Positions 53,446 to 64,000 of a DNA stretch of 64,000 nucleotides are shown piece by piece (within the stretch, counting starts at the first letter, position 1; each line of letters begins with the position of its first letter). A program made the translations under genes and the position numbers. This stretch comes from Chara braunii. Taxonomy: Eukaryota; Plantae; Charophyceae. Location of the stretch: assembly GCA_003427395.1 (NCBI GenBank), contig BFEA01000034.1, positions 858,549 to 922,548 of the forward strand, read 5' to 3'. The notes beneath the pieces are model-generated. The model did no database searches, was not told the origin of the DNA, and saw nothing but the letters and a program-made list of their open reading frames with translations.

Positions 53446-53962
53446 TGTGTGAGAGAGAGAAACATCCAGGCAGACAGACAGAGAGATACACAGACAGACA
53501 TACATACACATAGACGGACAGACTGGCAGATAGGGAAACAGACAGACAGACAGACAGACGGACAGACAGACAGACAGACTGACATACACACACATGCACA
53601 GACAGACAGACAAACATACAGACAGACACACAGACAGAAAGACAGGCAGACAGACAAACAGATAGAGCGACAGACTGAGAGACAGACCGACATACAGACA
53701 CACATGTGCACAGACAGACAGACAAACATACAAATAGACAGACAAACAGACAGACACACAGACACACAGACACACAGACAGACAGACAGACACACACATG
53801 CACAGACAGACAGACAAACATGTTGACAGACAGACAGACTGACTGACAGACAGGCAGACAGATAGGCAGACAGACAAACAGACAGACGAAGTTGGCTAGT
53901 GGGTGCCATTCCCCGTCCCAACGGTCATCATTCGTCGGTTTCTGGCACGCAGTAGCCAACTT
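52334..53962. repeat. Four ~74-nt hairpins (20-bp stem AAGTTGGCTACTGCGTGCCA) embedded in (TG)n/(ACAG)n microsatellites
   Basis: Copies at 52334-52407, 52649-52722, ~53316-53389 and 53889-53962. A half-site occurs at ~33518-33536. Confidence 0.9.
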
Positions 53963-53979
53963 AAATGTTGCATGTCAGA

Positions 53980-54032
<53 letters not shown>

Positions 54033-54586
54033 CGTGCGTGCGTGTGTTGCAGACAGACGTACAGACAGACAAACATACATAACATACGGAGCAGACGGAC
54101 CACATAACTTCTTTGTGTTGTCCATGTATATCTATGACCTATGTGTATTTATTCCTGCGATAGAGGTTGGACAATTCAACGTAGTCCCACGTTCAGCCGT
54201 TCGACATTATTATAGGTGTTCGTTGGTTGAATAAGAGGGGAGGAAGCAAAATTTGGAATCACTTTTTTATCTGTCTCTCCCTTAATTTTTATAGATTTCT
54301 CAATTGGATGAAACCAAGCATGTTTATGCATTGAAACCAAGAAAGGAAGAAGACGAAAAAAAAACAACTCATCCTCTCTCTCTCTCTCTCTCATGTTTAT
54401 ACATTCAAACCATACTTGAAGGAAGGAAGAACACAAAATTAAAAACGATAGAGAGTTAAAGAAAGAAAGTAAGAAAGAAAGAAAGGAGAACAAGAAAAAA
54501 ATAAAAAAGAAGAGGCTCACTAGTTGGAGGCAAAATCAGCGACAGTGTCGTCGATCTATACATATATGTCCCCCACTAGTAAACCT

Positions 54587-54664
<78 letters not shown>

Positions 54665-54744
54665 TAAGCCACCGAACACCAGGAAGACTAACCATGACAC
54701 GCAGTCGACGGGAGAACCATTACTCGACACACACAACACAATTC

Positions 54745-55347
54745 TCAAACAACCTTTTTTTTCGCGCCCCCCCCCTTACGAGGCACTGCTCTCCTCTTCT
54801 TCGCGCCTGCTCTGCTGCCATCCGTCTCCTCCTGTCTGGCCTCCATCCGTCGCTGCCTCTCCTCTGCTCTTGCCCTCTCGCCCAACATTCCTTCATATTT
54901 CTCCACCCGGCGAGGCTTCGACAACCTATCCACCAGCCTCATGTCCTTGACCTGGATCGTCACCCTCTTCGAGTGGATCGCGACCTCGTTGGTGTTCTCG
55001 AAATTGGAAACCAGGTACGCCTCGGCAGCCTCCATCAAAGCACTCACCGCCGTCATCTGAAACCTCATGCCTTCACCAGGAGCAATGGTCTCCTCCACAA
55101 CCTCGCGCACGATCCGCAAGAATGGCCTGAAAGCCAAGCAGAGGTCAGTGGATCGTTGCAACTTCCTGATTTCCGCCAGAGTTGCCATCTCGGGGCGTCG
55201 ACGGCGTCTGTGGGGCTGACTGCGTGCATCTGCAGTGTCATCGGTGGCTGGCACGGGCTTCGGGCTCTTCTTCTTTTTGCCTGCAGCCGTCTTCCCACTT
55301 GGCGGTTTCGACGCGCACTTCTTCATCTTCCTCGGGCTCTGGGACAT
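54745..55347 (-). CDS. Divergent histone H3-like protein (200 aa) with extended loop 1 and a C-terminal extension
   Basis: RRPEMATLAEIRKLQRSTDLCLAFRPFLRIVRE...MRFQMTAVSALMEAAEAYLVSNFENTNEVAIHSKRVTIQVKDMRL aligns to H3 alphaN through alpha3. The ORF is uninterrupted and intronless. Confidence 0.88.
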   Translation of the reverse strand: MSQSPRKMKKCASKPPSGKTAAGKKKKSPKPVPATDDTADARSQPHRRRRRPEMATLAEIRKLQRSTDLCLAFRPFLRIVREVVEETIAPGEGMRFQMTAVSALMEAAEAYLVSNFENTNEVAIHSKRVTIQVKDMRLVDRLSKPRRVEKYEGMLGERARAEERQRRMEARQEETDGSRAGAKKRRAVPRKGGGAKKKVV

Positions 55348-55669
55348 CGCAGTGTGACTTGGGCCGGTCGTGTCCCCCTGTGCTACAGAGCACCCTGCGC
55401 TGCCACGAGGACCACCTCAGCAGACAAACGGGAAATTCCGTAGCGCTTCTCTGTCCTCTTGCCCTTCCACGTCAATCCACCTGCCAAGTCGTTCTCCACG
55501 ACATACCGAATGTCTCGCAGGAGTCCATCTGAGTAGGTCAGATGGAAAGGCACACCAAACGGGTCTGTGAATGTCATGGTGACGTCTCCACCATGCTCGT
55601 ATGTCATGGGACATACGACTAGGACCCAGCCAAGAAGTGTCGTGCAACGGTGCCTGCGGCGAATGTGAG

Positions 55670-58600
55670 TCATGTATATGTTCTCACCGTCGCCGTGCTC
55701 TTGCCCAGCGCAACTCTCCTCAACCATGGACCAGATCCCCTGCTCTGCCATGGAGTCCTAACCCGCACACACCATCTGACGGTCCTCCTCCCTGATCTTC
55801 TCCCAACAGCACGATGGGGGCTCGAAAAGGTGGCAGGCGCAGGCGTTGTGTCGTCGGCGGCAGTGACGGGCATCGTGCCCTCGGCGTCCACCGCCGTGCA
55901 TGGAGATGGACAAGTCTCACCAACCGCACCCGACGCCGACGGCCGTGCACTGAGGGAAGGAAGATCGTGCATGTGCCTGGCGGGCGACGCCTGCCCTGCT
56001 CCAACGGCTCCAGGCGTGCCTGCCTCTCCCGCACGGGCAGACCCACAAGCGGCCCTCGCTGCTCGATTCCCTCCCGCGCTCGCATCGTCTGCATCAGTGC
56101 CGCCCAATATGTCGTCTGCATCGTCCACAGGCAGGCTGTGGGATTCTGCCTCTGGTGCGAGCGTGGCGGCAAGGACGCCTGAACAATCATCCGCCGCTCG
56201 TGGCGGGAGCACCCGACCCGCAGGGCTCACAGTCACAGGGGCCGCCCGCTCTAAGAACCCGTCTCCTCGATAAGGCTCCGTCAACCAGGAGACATCATCA
56301 TCAATGACGTCCTCCCCCTGAACCGCCTCACCGCCCTGGTGACGAATCTGGTGGGCCAATGCTGTTGCAGCCCTCGCCAAGCGTCTGCCCCTCGGCTGTC
56401 TCCTGAGGCGGTCGGCCTCCCTCTCGATCTCCGTCGGGTCGTACATCCCAGGATCCATCTCGTCCGGCTCGTAGCGAGCGAAGTCCTCAGCCCTCCTCTC
56501 GACATCGGTCAATCCAACCCCCGAGAAACCAGCCCCGATAAACCCCTCGCGCGCGTGACTGCTCTTGAGAAGCTTGATGTTCCAATGACATAACACAAGC
56601 TTCTCCAACTGCTCAACGCCCAACCTGTTGCGCCTTTTCGTGTGAACGAAGTCGTGCGTCGACCAATTCCTCTCACACGGAGAGGCTGTGGTCCTCGCAC
56701 CCAAGCAGCGCATGGCAATGTCCCACAACACCCGATGACTGGCCCCCTGCACCCTCCACCACTGCACAGGATCGAAGTCGGGCTCCTCCACGCTCGCATC
56801 CCCAATGTCCCCCCCTCATTGAGCAGGTGTGGGATACTTGTCGTGGAAGTCCTATAGAGAACTCCACACGACTGTCATCAGCGGGCCCTGTCGACCACCC
56901 TCAATCTGGCTCCCCATGTACGAAGAGAATGCGCTCCTCTGTCGTCCCACGCATCAAAAGATCGATGCTGCGGTACTTGGGGTGCAACAAGTACGCAGCA
57001 CAATGAATGGGGGTCAAAAGCATATCCGACCTCTCCTTGACTATCTTCTTGATGGGCATGTGACAAGCCTCATCAAGCGACAGTCCGTCGACTGTGGTCC
57101 GCAGGCGCTCCAACAATCCCCACACATCGCCGACTCTCCGCCCGTCAGAATCAACCTGCTGCAGGAGCTCGTAAATTGGCTCCATAATGGTGCAGACAAG
57201 CTCCACCTGCTGCCACCACCGCAGATCGCGAAGAAGGTCGAAGCACCTGCGTGCTTTGTCCCTCAACGCAGGGAGCCACGGGGACGTCGCCCAGGCGACA
57301 CCGCTCACACATGCATCCAAAGGCCGATGCAACGTCACCATGCGTTGCAGCATGATGTAGTTGGTCCCATACCGCGTCTCTCCCGGCCAGATCAATGATA
57401 CAGTGGGGAATTGTCGGCTCAAAAGGTACGCTGCCCGTGCATGGCGTCGAAAAAACAGTGTGATGTCTCATCCCTCTGCAATCACCTGCGCGACCCACGG
57501 CTGTCTGGCGATGTGCGTCAGCATCAGATTGCAGCAGTGAGCTGCACAAGGAATCCATGTGATGCGGCGCAGTCGCTCATCGGGGTCGCCACGGAGCAAA
57601 TGGTAAGCCTCCTTGTTGGCTAACGCGTTGTCCGTGCATATGGCGCCCACATGCTCTGCACCGATCTCGAGGATGAGCTCCCTCCATCTGCGGCACAAAC
57701 CTGCCCCGGTCCTCCCTTGCCAAACATATCCTCCACCCGGTAGAGCGACGCCCCCAACCTCCCTGCGACCAAGTAGTTGCAGAGAGGGCGGTTGGCCTGA
57801 GTCGACCAACCGTCAGTCATGAAAGTGACCCCCCCAGACCACGACTCACGGTGATACCTCAAGCGCTCGTTGAGCTCTGCGTACAACATGGACAACAGAG
57901 TCGTCCTCAGGAACTCGTACTGTGGCTGACGCGGCCTGTAGGGACCCCTAAACTGACTGAGATAGGCGTCATGAAGCGCCACATACAACTCCAATCTGGC
58001 GATGTTGAATGGCACACCACAACCCACAAAGAATCGGATGTAGGCCATATCCAGGTCGTACTGAATGGGGTGTTGAACCCATTCATCCAGGCGAGTCTGA
58101 GTCAGGTGCGGCACTTGGTGACGATCCTGTCTACCCTCCACAGGGGCAATTGCAAGCCCCTCCTCGAGGTCCGAAGGGACCTGAATGCCCTCATCTCTCG
58201 CCCGTTGTAGCATCCTTGACCTCCACCACTGCTGCTCGTCCTGTGGAGCGTGCTATGATCCGTCCGCCTCACGGCATGCCCTCGTCGGCCCGGCAGCACC
58301 GCTGGGATCACACACCCTCTTCCCCATTGGATCAAACTGTCTCGTCAGGGTGCCCTCTGCACCATCTCCCCTGCCCTCGTTGTGCACTCTCGACGAGCCC
58401 TCATCATGAGGGCCCACTCCTTCAGACGGGCCCGCTCCTCTGGAGGAGCCTGCTCCATGTCGTCGTCCCTCTGCTGCCTGACCTGCTCGGTCCGGCCGTT
58501 GTGGCCCCCATCCTCCACGAGCCAAGTCGTGCACGGGGACCAGGGGGGGCTCTCGTGCCGCGACGCCAGGCAATCTCCAGTAAAGGGGATGCTCAAAATT

Positions 58601-58707
58601 GAGCTCGCCATCCCTGTCCGCCACCCTCACGTAGACAGGGAGGGACCCCTTGAGTGCGACGGCCGCAACCAGATTTTTGGAAGTGCTCGTCAAAGCTTGA
58701 AACTTTG
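55670..58707 (-). pseudogene. hAT transposase (DUF659 core plus C-terminal dimerisation domain), frameshifted
   Basis: RFFVGCGVPFNIA, GVTFMTDGWST (D1), AICTDNA (D2), WIPCAAHCCNLML, PGETRYGTNYIML and DPVQWW...ASPCERNWS (E)...HTKRRNRL, spread over four ORFs. Confidence 0.93.
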
Positions 58708-58785
<78 letters not shown>

Positions 58786-59605
58786 NNNNNNNNNNNNNNN
58801 NNNNNNNNNNNNNNNNNNNNNNNNNNNNNNNNNNNNNNNNNNNNNNNNNNNNNNNNNNNNNNNNNNNNNNNNNNNNNNNNNNNNNNNNNNNNNNNNNNNN
58901 NNNNNNNNNNNNNNNNNNNNNNNNNNNNNNNNNNNNNNNNNNNNNNNNNNNNNNNNNNNNNNNNNNNNNNNNNNNNNNNNNNNNNNNNNNNNNNNNNNNN
59001 NNNNNNNNNNNNNNNNNNNNNNNNNNNNNNNNNNNNNNNNNNNNNNNNNNNNNNNNNNNNNNNNNNNNNNNNNNNNNNNNNNNNNNNNNNNNNNNNNNNN
59101 NNNNNNNNNNNNNNNNNNNNNNNNNNNNNNNNNNNNNNNNNNNNNNNNNNNNNNNNNNNNNNNNNNNNNNNNNNNNNNNNNNNNNNNNNNNNNNNNNNNN
59201 NNNNNNNNNNNNNNNNNNNNNNNNNNNNNNNNNNNNNNNNNNNNNNNNNNNNNNNNNNNNNNNNNNNNNNNNNNNNNNNNNNNNNNNNNNNNNNNNNNNN
59301 NNNNNNNNNNNNNNNNNNNNNNNNNNNNNNNNNNNNNNNNNNNNNNNNNNNNNNNNNNNNNNNNNNNNNNNNNNNNNNNNNNNNNNNNNNNNNNNNNNNN
59401 NNNNNNNNNNNNNNNNNNNNNNNNNNNNNNNNNNNNNNNNNNNNNNNNNNNNNNNNNNNNNNNNNNNNNNNNNNNNNNNNNNNNNNNNNNNNNNNNNNNN
59501 NNNNNNNNNNNNNNNNNNNNNNNNNNNNNNNNNNNNNNNNNNNNNNNNNNNNNNNNNNNNNNNNNNNNNNNNNNNNNNNNNNNNNNNNNNNNNNNNNNNN
59601 NNNNN

Positions 59606-60916
59606 ACCGAAATCCCGAAGTGCGTTTCCGGTACTGAAATCCCGAAGTGTGTTTTCGGTACCGAAATCCCGAACGCACGTCGGGATATAATCACCCCCCC
59701 GAAGAAAACGACTAAGTAAAATCTCGAAATCCCGAAGTGCGTTTTCGGTACCGAAATCCTGAACGCACGTCGGGATATAATCACCCCCCCTTAAAAAAAC
59801 GACTAAGTAAAATCCCGAAATCCCGAAGTGCATTTTCAGTACTGAAATCCCGAACACACGTCGGGATATAATCACCCCCCCACAAAAAAAAAACCAACTA
59901 AGTAAAATCCCGAAATCCCGAAGTGCGTTTTCGGTACCGAAATCCCGAACGCACGTCGGGATATAATCACCTCCCCCTTAAAAAAACGACTAAGTAAGAT
60001 CCCGGAATCCCGAAGTGCGTTTTCGGTATCGAAATCCCAAACGCACGTCGGGATACAATCAAACCCCCCCAAAAAAAACGACCGAGTAAAATCCCGAAAT
60101 CCCGAAGTGCGTTTTCAGTACCAAAATGCCGAACGCACGTCAGGATATAATCACCCCCCCCTTAAAAAAACGACTAAGTAAAATCCCAAAATCTCGAAGT
60201 CCGTTTTCGGTACCGAAATCCCGAACGCACGTCGGGATATAATCACCCCCCCGAAGAAAACGACTAAGTAAAATCTCGAAATCCCGAAATGCGTTTTCGA
60301 TACCGAAATGCTAAACGCACGTCGGGATATAATCACCCCCCCTTAAAAAAATGACTAAGTAAAATCTTGAAATCCCGAATTGCATTTTCAGTACTGAAAT
60401 CCCGAACACACGTCGGGATATAATCACCCCCCCACAAAAAAAAAACGACCAAGTAAAATCCCGAAATCCCGAAGTGCATTTTCGGTACTGAAATCTCGAA
60501 CGCACGTCGGGATATAATCACCCCCCCCTTAAAAAAACGACTAAGTAAAATCCCAGAATCCTGAAGTGTGTTTTCGGTACCGAAATCCCAAACGCACGTC
60601 GGGATAAATTCAAACCCCCCCCAAAAAAACGACCGAGTAAAATCCCGAAGTGCGTTTTCAGTACCAAAATGTCGAACGCACGTCAGGATATAATCACCCC
60701 CCCCTTAAAAAAACGACCAAGTAAAATCCCGAAATCTCGAAGTGCGTTTTCGGTACCGAAATCCCGAACGCACGTCGGGATATAATCACCCCCCCAAAAA
60801 AAACGACTAAGTAAAATCCCGAAATCCCAAAGTGCGTTTTCGGTACCGAAATCCCGAACGCACGTCGGGATATAATCACCCCCCCCAAAAAAACGACCAA
60901 GTAAAATCCGAAAATC
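59606..60916 (-). repeat. Satellite array III, ~91-bp monomer, same family as arrays I/II
   Basis: Tandem AAATCCCGAAATCCCGAAGTGCGTTTTCGGTACCGAAATCCCGAACGCACGTCGGGATATAATCACCCCCCCTTAAAAAAACGACTAAGTAA, flanked by gaps on both sides. Confidence 0.95.
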
Positions 60917-61407
60917 NNNNNNNNNNNNNNNNNNNNNNNNNNNNNNNNNNNNNNNNNNNNNNNNNNNNNNNNNNNNNNNNNNNNNNNNNNNNNNNNNNNN
61001 NNNNNNNNNNNNNNNNNNNNNNNNNNNNNNNNNNNNNNNNNNNNNNNNNNNNNNNNNNNNNNNNNNNNNNNNNNNNNNNNNNNNNNNNNNNNNNNNNNNN
61101 NNNNNNNNNNNNNNNNNNNNNNNNNNNNNNNNNNNNNNNNNNNNNNNNNNNNNNNNNNNNNNNNNNNNNNNNNNNNNNNNNNNNNNNNNNNNNNNNNNNN
61201 NNNNNNNNNNNNNNNNNNNNNNNNNNNNNNNNNNNNNNNNNNNNNNNNNNNNNNNNNNNNNNNNNNNNNNNNNNNNNNNNNNNNNNNNNNNNNNNNNNNN
61301 NNNNNNNNNNNNNNNNNNNNNNNNNNNNNNNNNNNNNNNNNNNNNNNNNNNNNNNNNNNNNNNNNNNNNNNNNNNNNNNNNNNNNNNNNNNNNNNNNNNN
61401 NNNNNNN

Positions 61408-62105
61408 CTACTCTTATCACTGGCTAGCCCTCAATAAGGCGGGTGTCCAAGGATCCTTGCTACTCTTATCACTGACTAAGTGTTAGGATGTTTATTGATA
61501 AGGCATGTGTCCTTGAAACCTCGCTACTCTTATATCACACTAGTCACTGATAAGGCAGGATTTCCTTCCTACTCTTATCACTGGCTAGCCCTCAATAAGG
61601 CGGGTGTCCAAGGATCCTTGCTANCTTATATCACACTAGTCACTGATAAGGCAGGATTTCCTTCCTACTCTTATCACTGGCTAGCCCTCAATAAGGCGGG
61701 TGTCCAAGGATCCTTGCTAATCTTACCACTGAATGAATGTTAGGTTGATCAATGATAAGGCAGGTGTCATTGAAACCTCACTACTCTTATATCAGACTAG
61801 TCACTGATAAGGCAGGATTTCCCTGCTACTCTTATCACTGACTAGCCCTCAATGAGGCGGGTGTCCAAAGATCCTTGCTACTCTTACCACTGAAAAGAAT
61901 GTTGGATTGGTTAATGATAAGGCAGGTGTCCTTGAAACCTCACTACTCTTATATCAGACTAGTCACTGATAAGGCAGGATTTTTCTGCTACTCTTATCAC
62001 TGGCTAGCCCTCAATAAGGCGGGTGTCCAAGGATTTTTGCTCTTACTACTGACCAAGCGTAAGGCTCATCGGAGTTAAGGCAGGCTTTCCCTGCTATTCT
62101 TACCT
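61408..62105 (+). repeat. Minisatellite, ~160-bp unit built from three related 45-64 bp subunits
   Basis: Each subunit starts CTACTCTTAT and contains ATAAGGC. The order is A-B-C, with one B skipped near 61620. Confidence 0.85.
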
Positions 62106-62927
62106 TCACACAAGTCTTATCGACGGATCAAGTTATTGTCTTTGATGACATTCGAGCCCTGAATCGTTGTTAGTTTAAGAACTTATGCTGGGGTAGATGC
62201 ATAATGAGAAATGATCGGTGTGATCCATGGCAATTGATTATAGCCAACTCAAATCAAGGGTACCCATCATTGTTTAGATGGAGTATAGAGAAAATGATCG
62301 TGAGAGGTTGATCCCTTGTATCCATGTTTCCAACTTGAATCAATGCCCACACAGCAAGATCGTTGTACCCAGAAGCAATCAGTTTCCACTCAGCCAACCC
62401 TTTCTCTACCCGCAATCCAAGACCTTTGTCCATCCCTTAATCCTCGAAGAGTTATAGATCCTGAATCCCTACCCCTTATGATCATTGTTACGGATGATAG
62501 CCTATATGAAACAACAACTGGGTCGAAGTAACGTACCTCGTCGTTCCCTGCCTCCAGAGTTCCGCCTGAACTCCGGCAGAGCTCCCGCAATCGCCCTGTT
62601 ACTGACCATGTGTGATTTATGCAATCAACTGCTGGTCCTTAAATTAAATTGAGGCCATGATTAATTCATGGGAATCATGTCATCAACCATTAAACCGAGG
62701 AGGCAGGCATCTGAGAGGACCAACAGGGATAAGTACGGCCAAGGATGAAGGAGGTGCGTGCTTATCGCGAAAGGATATCGTCACCTCCCTCTCCAACGCT
62801 CATTGCTCTCTCTTTATCTTTGGCCCCGTATGATGCCTAACTTGAATGATAGCAATAGTAGCGACAATAATCAAGCAATAACAATAATGAAAAAAAACAA
62901 AAAATACCAATAATAATGACATAAGTA

Positions 62928-62992
<65 letters not shown>

Positions 62993-63607
62993 TTTAATAA
63001 TAAAACAATAACAATATTGGTAATAGTGATAACACGTGTGGTCATAGCGATACCATGTCTTCTATTTTGTCGCTACATGGCCTTAGCCTATTCCGATCTA
63101 CTACTATATTCGTGTCTCCTCTGCCCATATACAGTTGAAGATCGAAGATCAAGACGATGATTCTCATGGAGAGTGTCTCCCAATCAGGTACGTATCTCCT
63201 CACTCTCTTTCTCTTACCTCTTCCTTCCTTTTACACTTTTCACTTCTTCCTTTCTCTTCATAATCCTGCCTCTTCCTTACTTCCTCCGTCATTCGGTTCG
63301 CACTATTCCAGGTCACTTCCATTCTTGTCACACATATCTGCCCATAAGTCCGACCAGGTTCAAAGGACTTGAATCCTAACAATATGGAGTATGAGCGAGA
63401 GTGATAAGCAATAATTCAGACAATCACTTCCCGTTGTAACCCTGACAGCCGCATTCTAAGCACAAGGTGACAACTCTTGCAATGGTTTTTACGCTAGTCA
63501 AGCGACTAATGCAGAATCCGGGCTCTGATCCCTAGATCTTACCCACCCGCGTATATAGCGCCCAAGTGTGTTTGCCCGCAATTCGAACCGGTGACTCGCA
63601 CCTTTAA

Positions 63608-63830
63608 CAACAGAAAAATTGTGGCAAAATTTCATCAAGTTTTAAACTTGGGCCCAACACTGGATCAGCATTGGAACTCCATGAAATGATGTGTCCAACC
63701 GTTTAGGAGGGTCGGGTCCATGTTTTCAACCGTTTACCAACATGCGGCCAACATGTTTTCAACATGCATTCAACATTGGTCCAACATGTTTCCAACACAT
63801 TTCCAACAATTGTGTGTTGAAAAAATTGTG
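63608..63830 (+). mobile_element. Left-hand terminus of the same TIR family as 33810-34161
   Basis: CAACAGAAAAATTGTGGCAAA followed by TTYCAACA(TG) subterminal repeats. Confidence 0.6.
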
Positions 63831-64000
63831 CTCTTAAGTTCCCAGCAATGCAGTTCACTACTGAGTGGCAACGGCGGCGCAAATGACGTCATTTCACCTT
63901 TCTTTGACCCGCAGTAGTGAACCAGTATGACGTCGTGACTGCGCGGGTTGCGGCGGCGCACGGCGTTCTTGTAGGGCCACCAAGCGTCCTCATGGTCGGG

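Noticed and set aside
52334-53962. CRISPR array or integron attC interpretation of the hairpins
   Set aside because: The context is eukaryotic with no cas or integrase genes. The arms are inverted, the loops are related to each other, and the spacers are microsatellites.
50492-54590. CACTA-like termini (GGTTCACTAGTG at ~50494 and CACTAGTAAACC at ~54575)
   Set aside because: The inverted match is only ~12 bp and imperfect. There is no CACTA...TAGTG pair and no TSD.
54745-55347. Naming the gene CENH3
   Set aside because: F84 and T107 are retained, it has a long C-terminal extension, and it is intronless in a TE context. The evidence is insufficient for a gene symbol.
61408-62105. Hammerhead ribozyme array (Penelope-type)
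   Set aside because: CTGATAAG does not fit the CUGANGA core, and GAAA is not placed consistently.

Overview
This is eukaryotic, repeat-dominated draft-assembly DNA with several N gaps, dense microsatellites and an untrimmed Nextera mate-pair junction. It resembles a large-genome streptophyte alga such as Chara, but that is inference only. I found no clear host housekeeping gene. It contains three arrays of one 81-91 bp satellite family, a 5S rRNA-derived relic, a Ulp1/C48 protease pseudogene, and nests of LTR-like modules in (AAT)n tracts that form a ~2 kb inverted duplication. It also holds a decayed Helitron with a mappable 3' end, a Plavaka-type (CACTA-related) transposase relic, a short hAT element with TIRs and an 8-bp TSD, and two clusters of repeated hairpins. 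The most notable observation is an intact, intronless, divergent histone H3-like ORF (54745-55347) lying just downstream of, and co-oriented with, a decayed hAT transposase. It has an extended loop 1, lacks Q68, has a non-canonical tail and carries a ~58-aa C-terminal extension. It is a candidate transposon-borne H3 variant, possibly once fused to the transposase.
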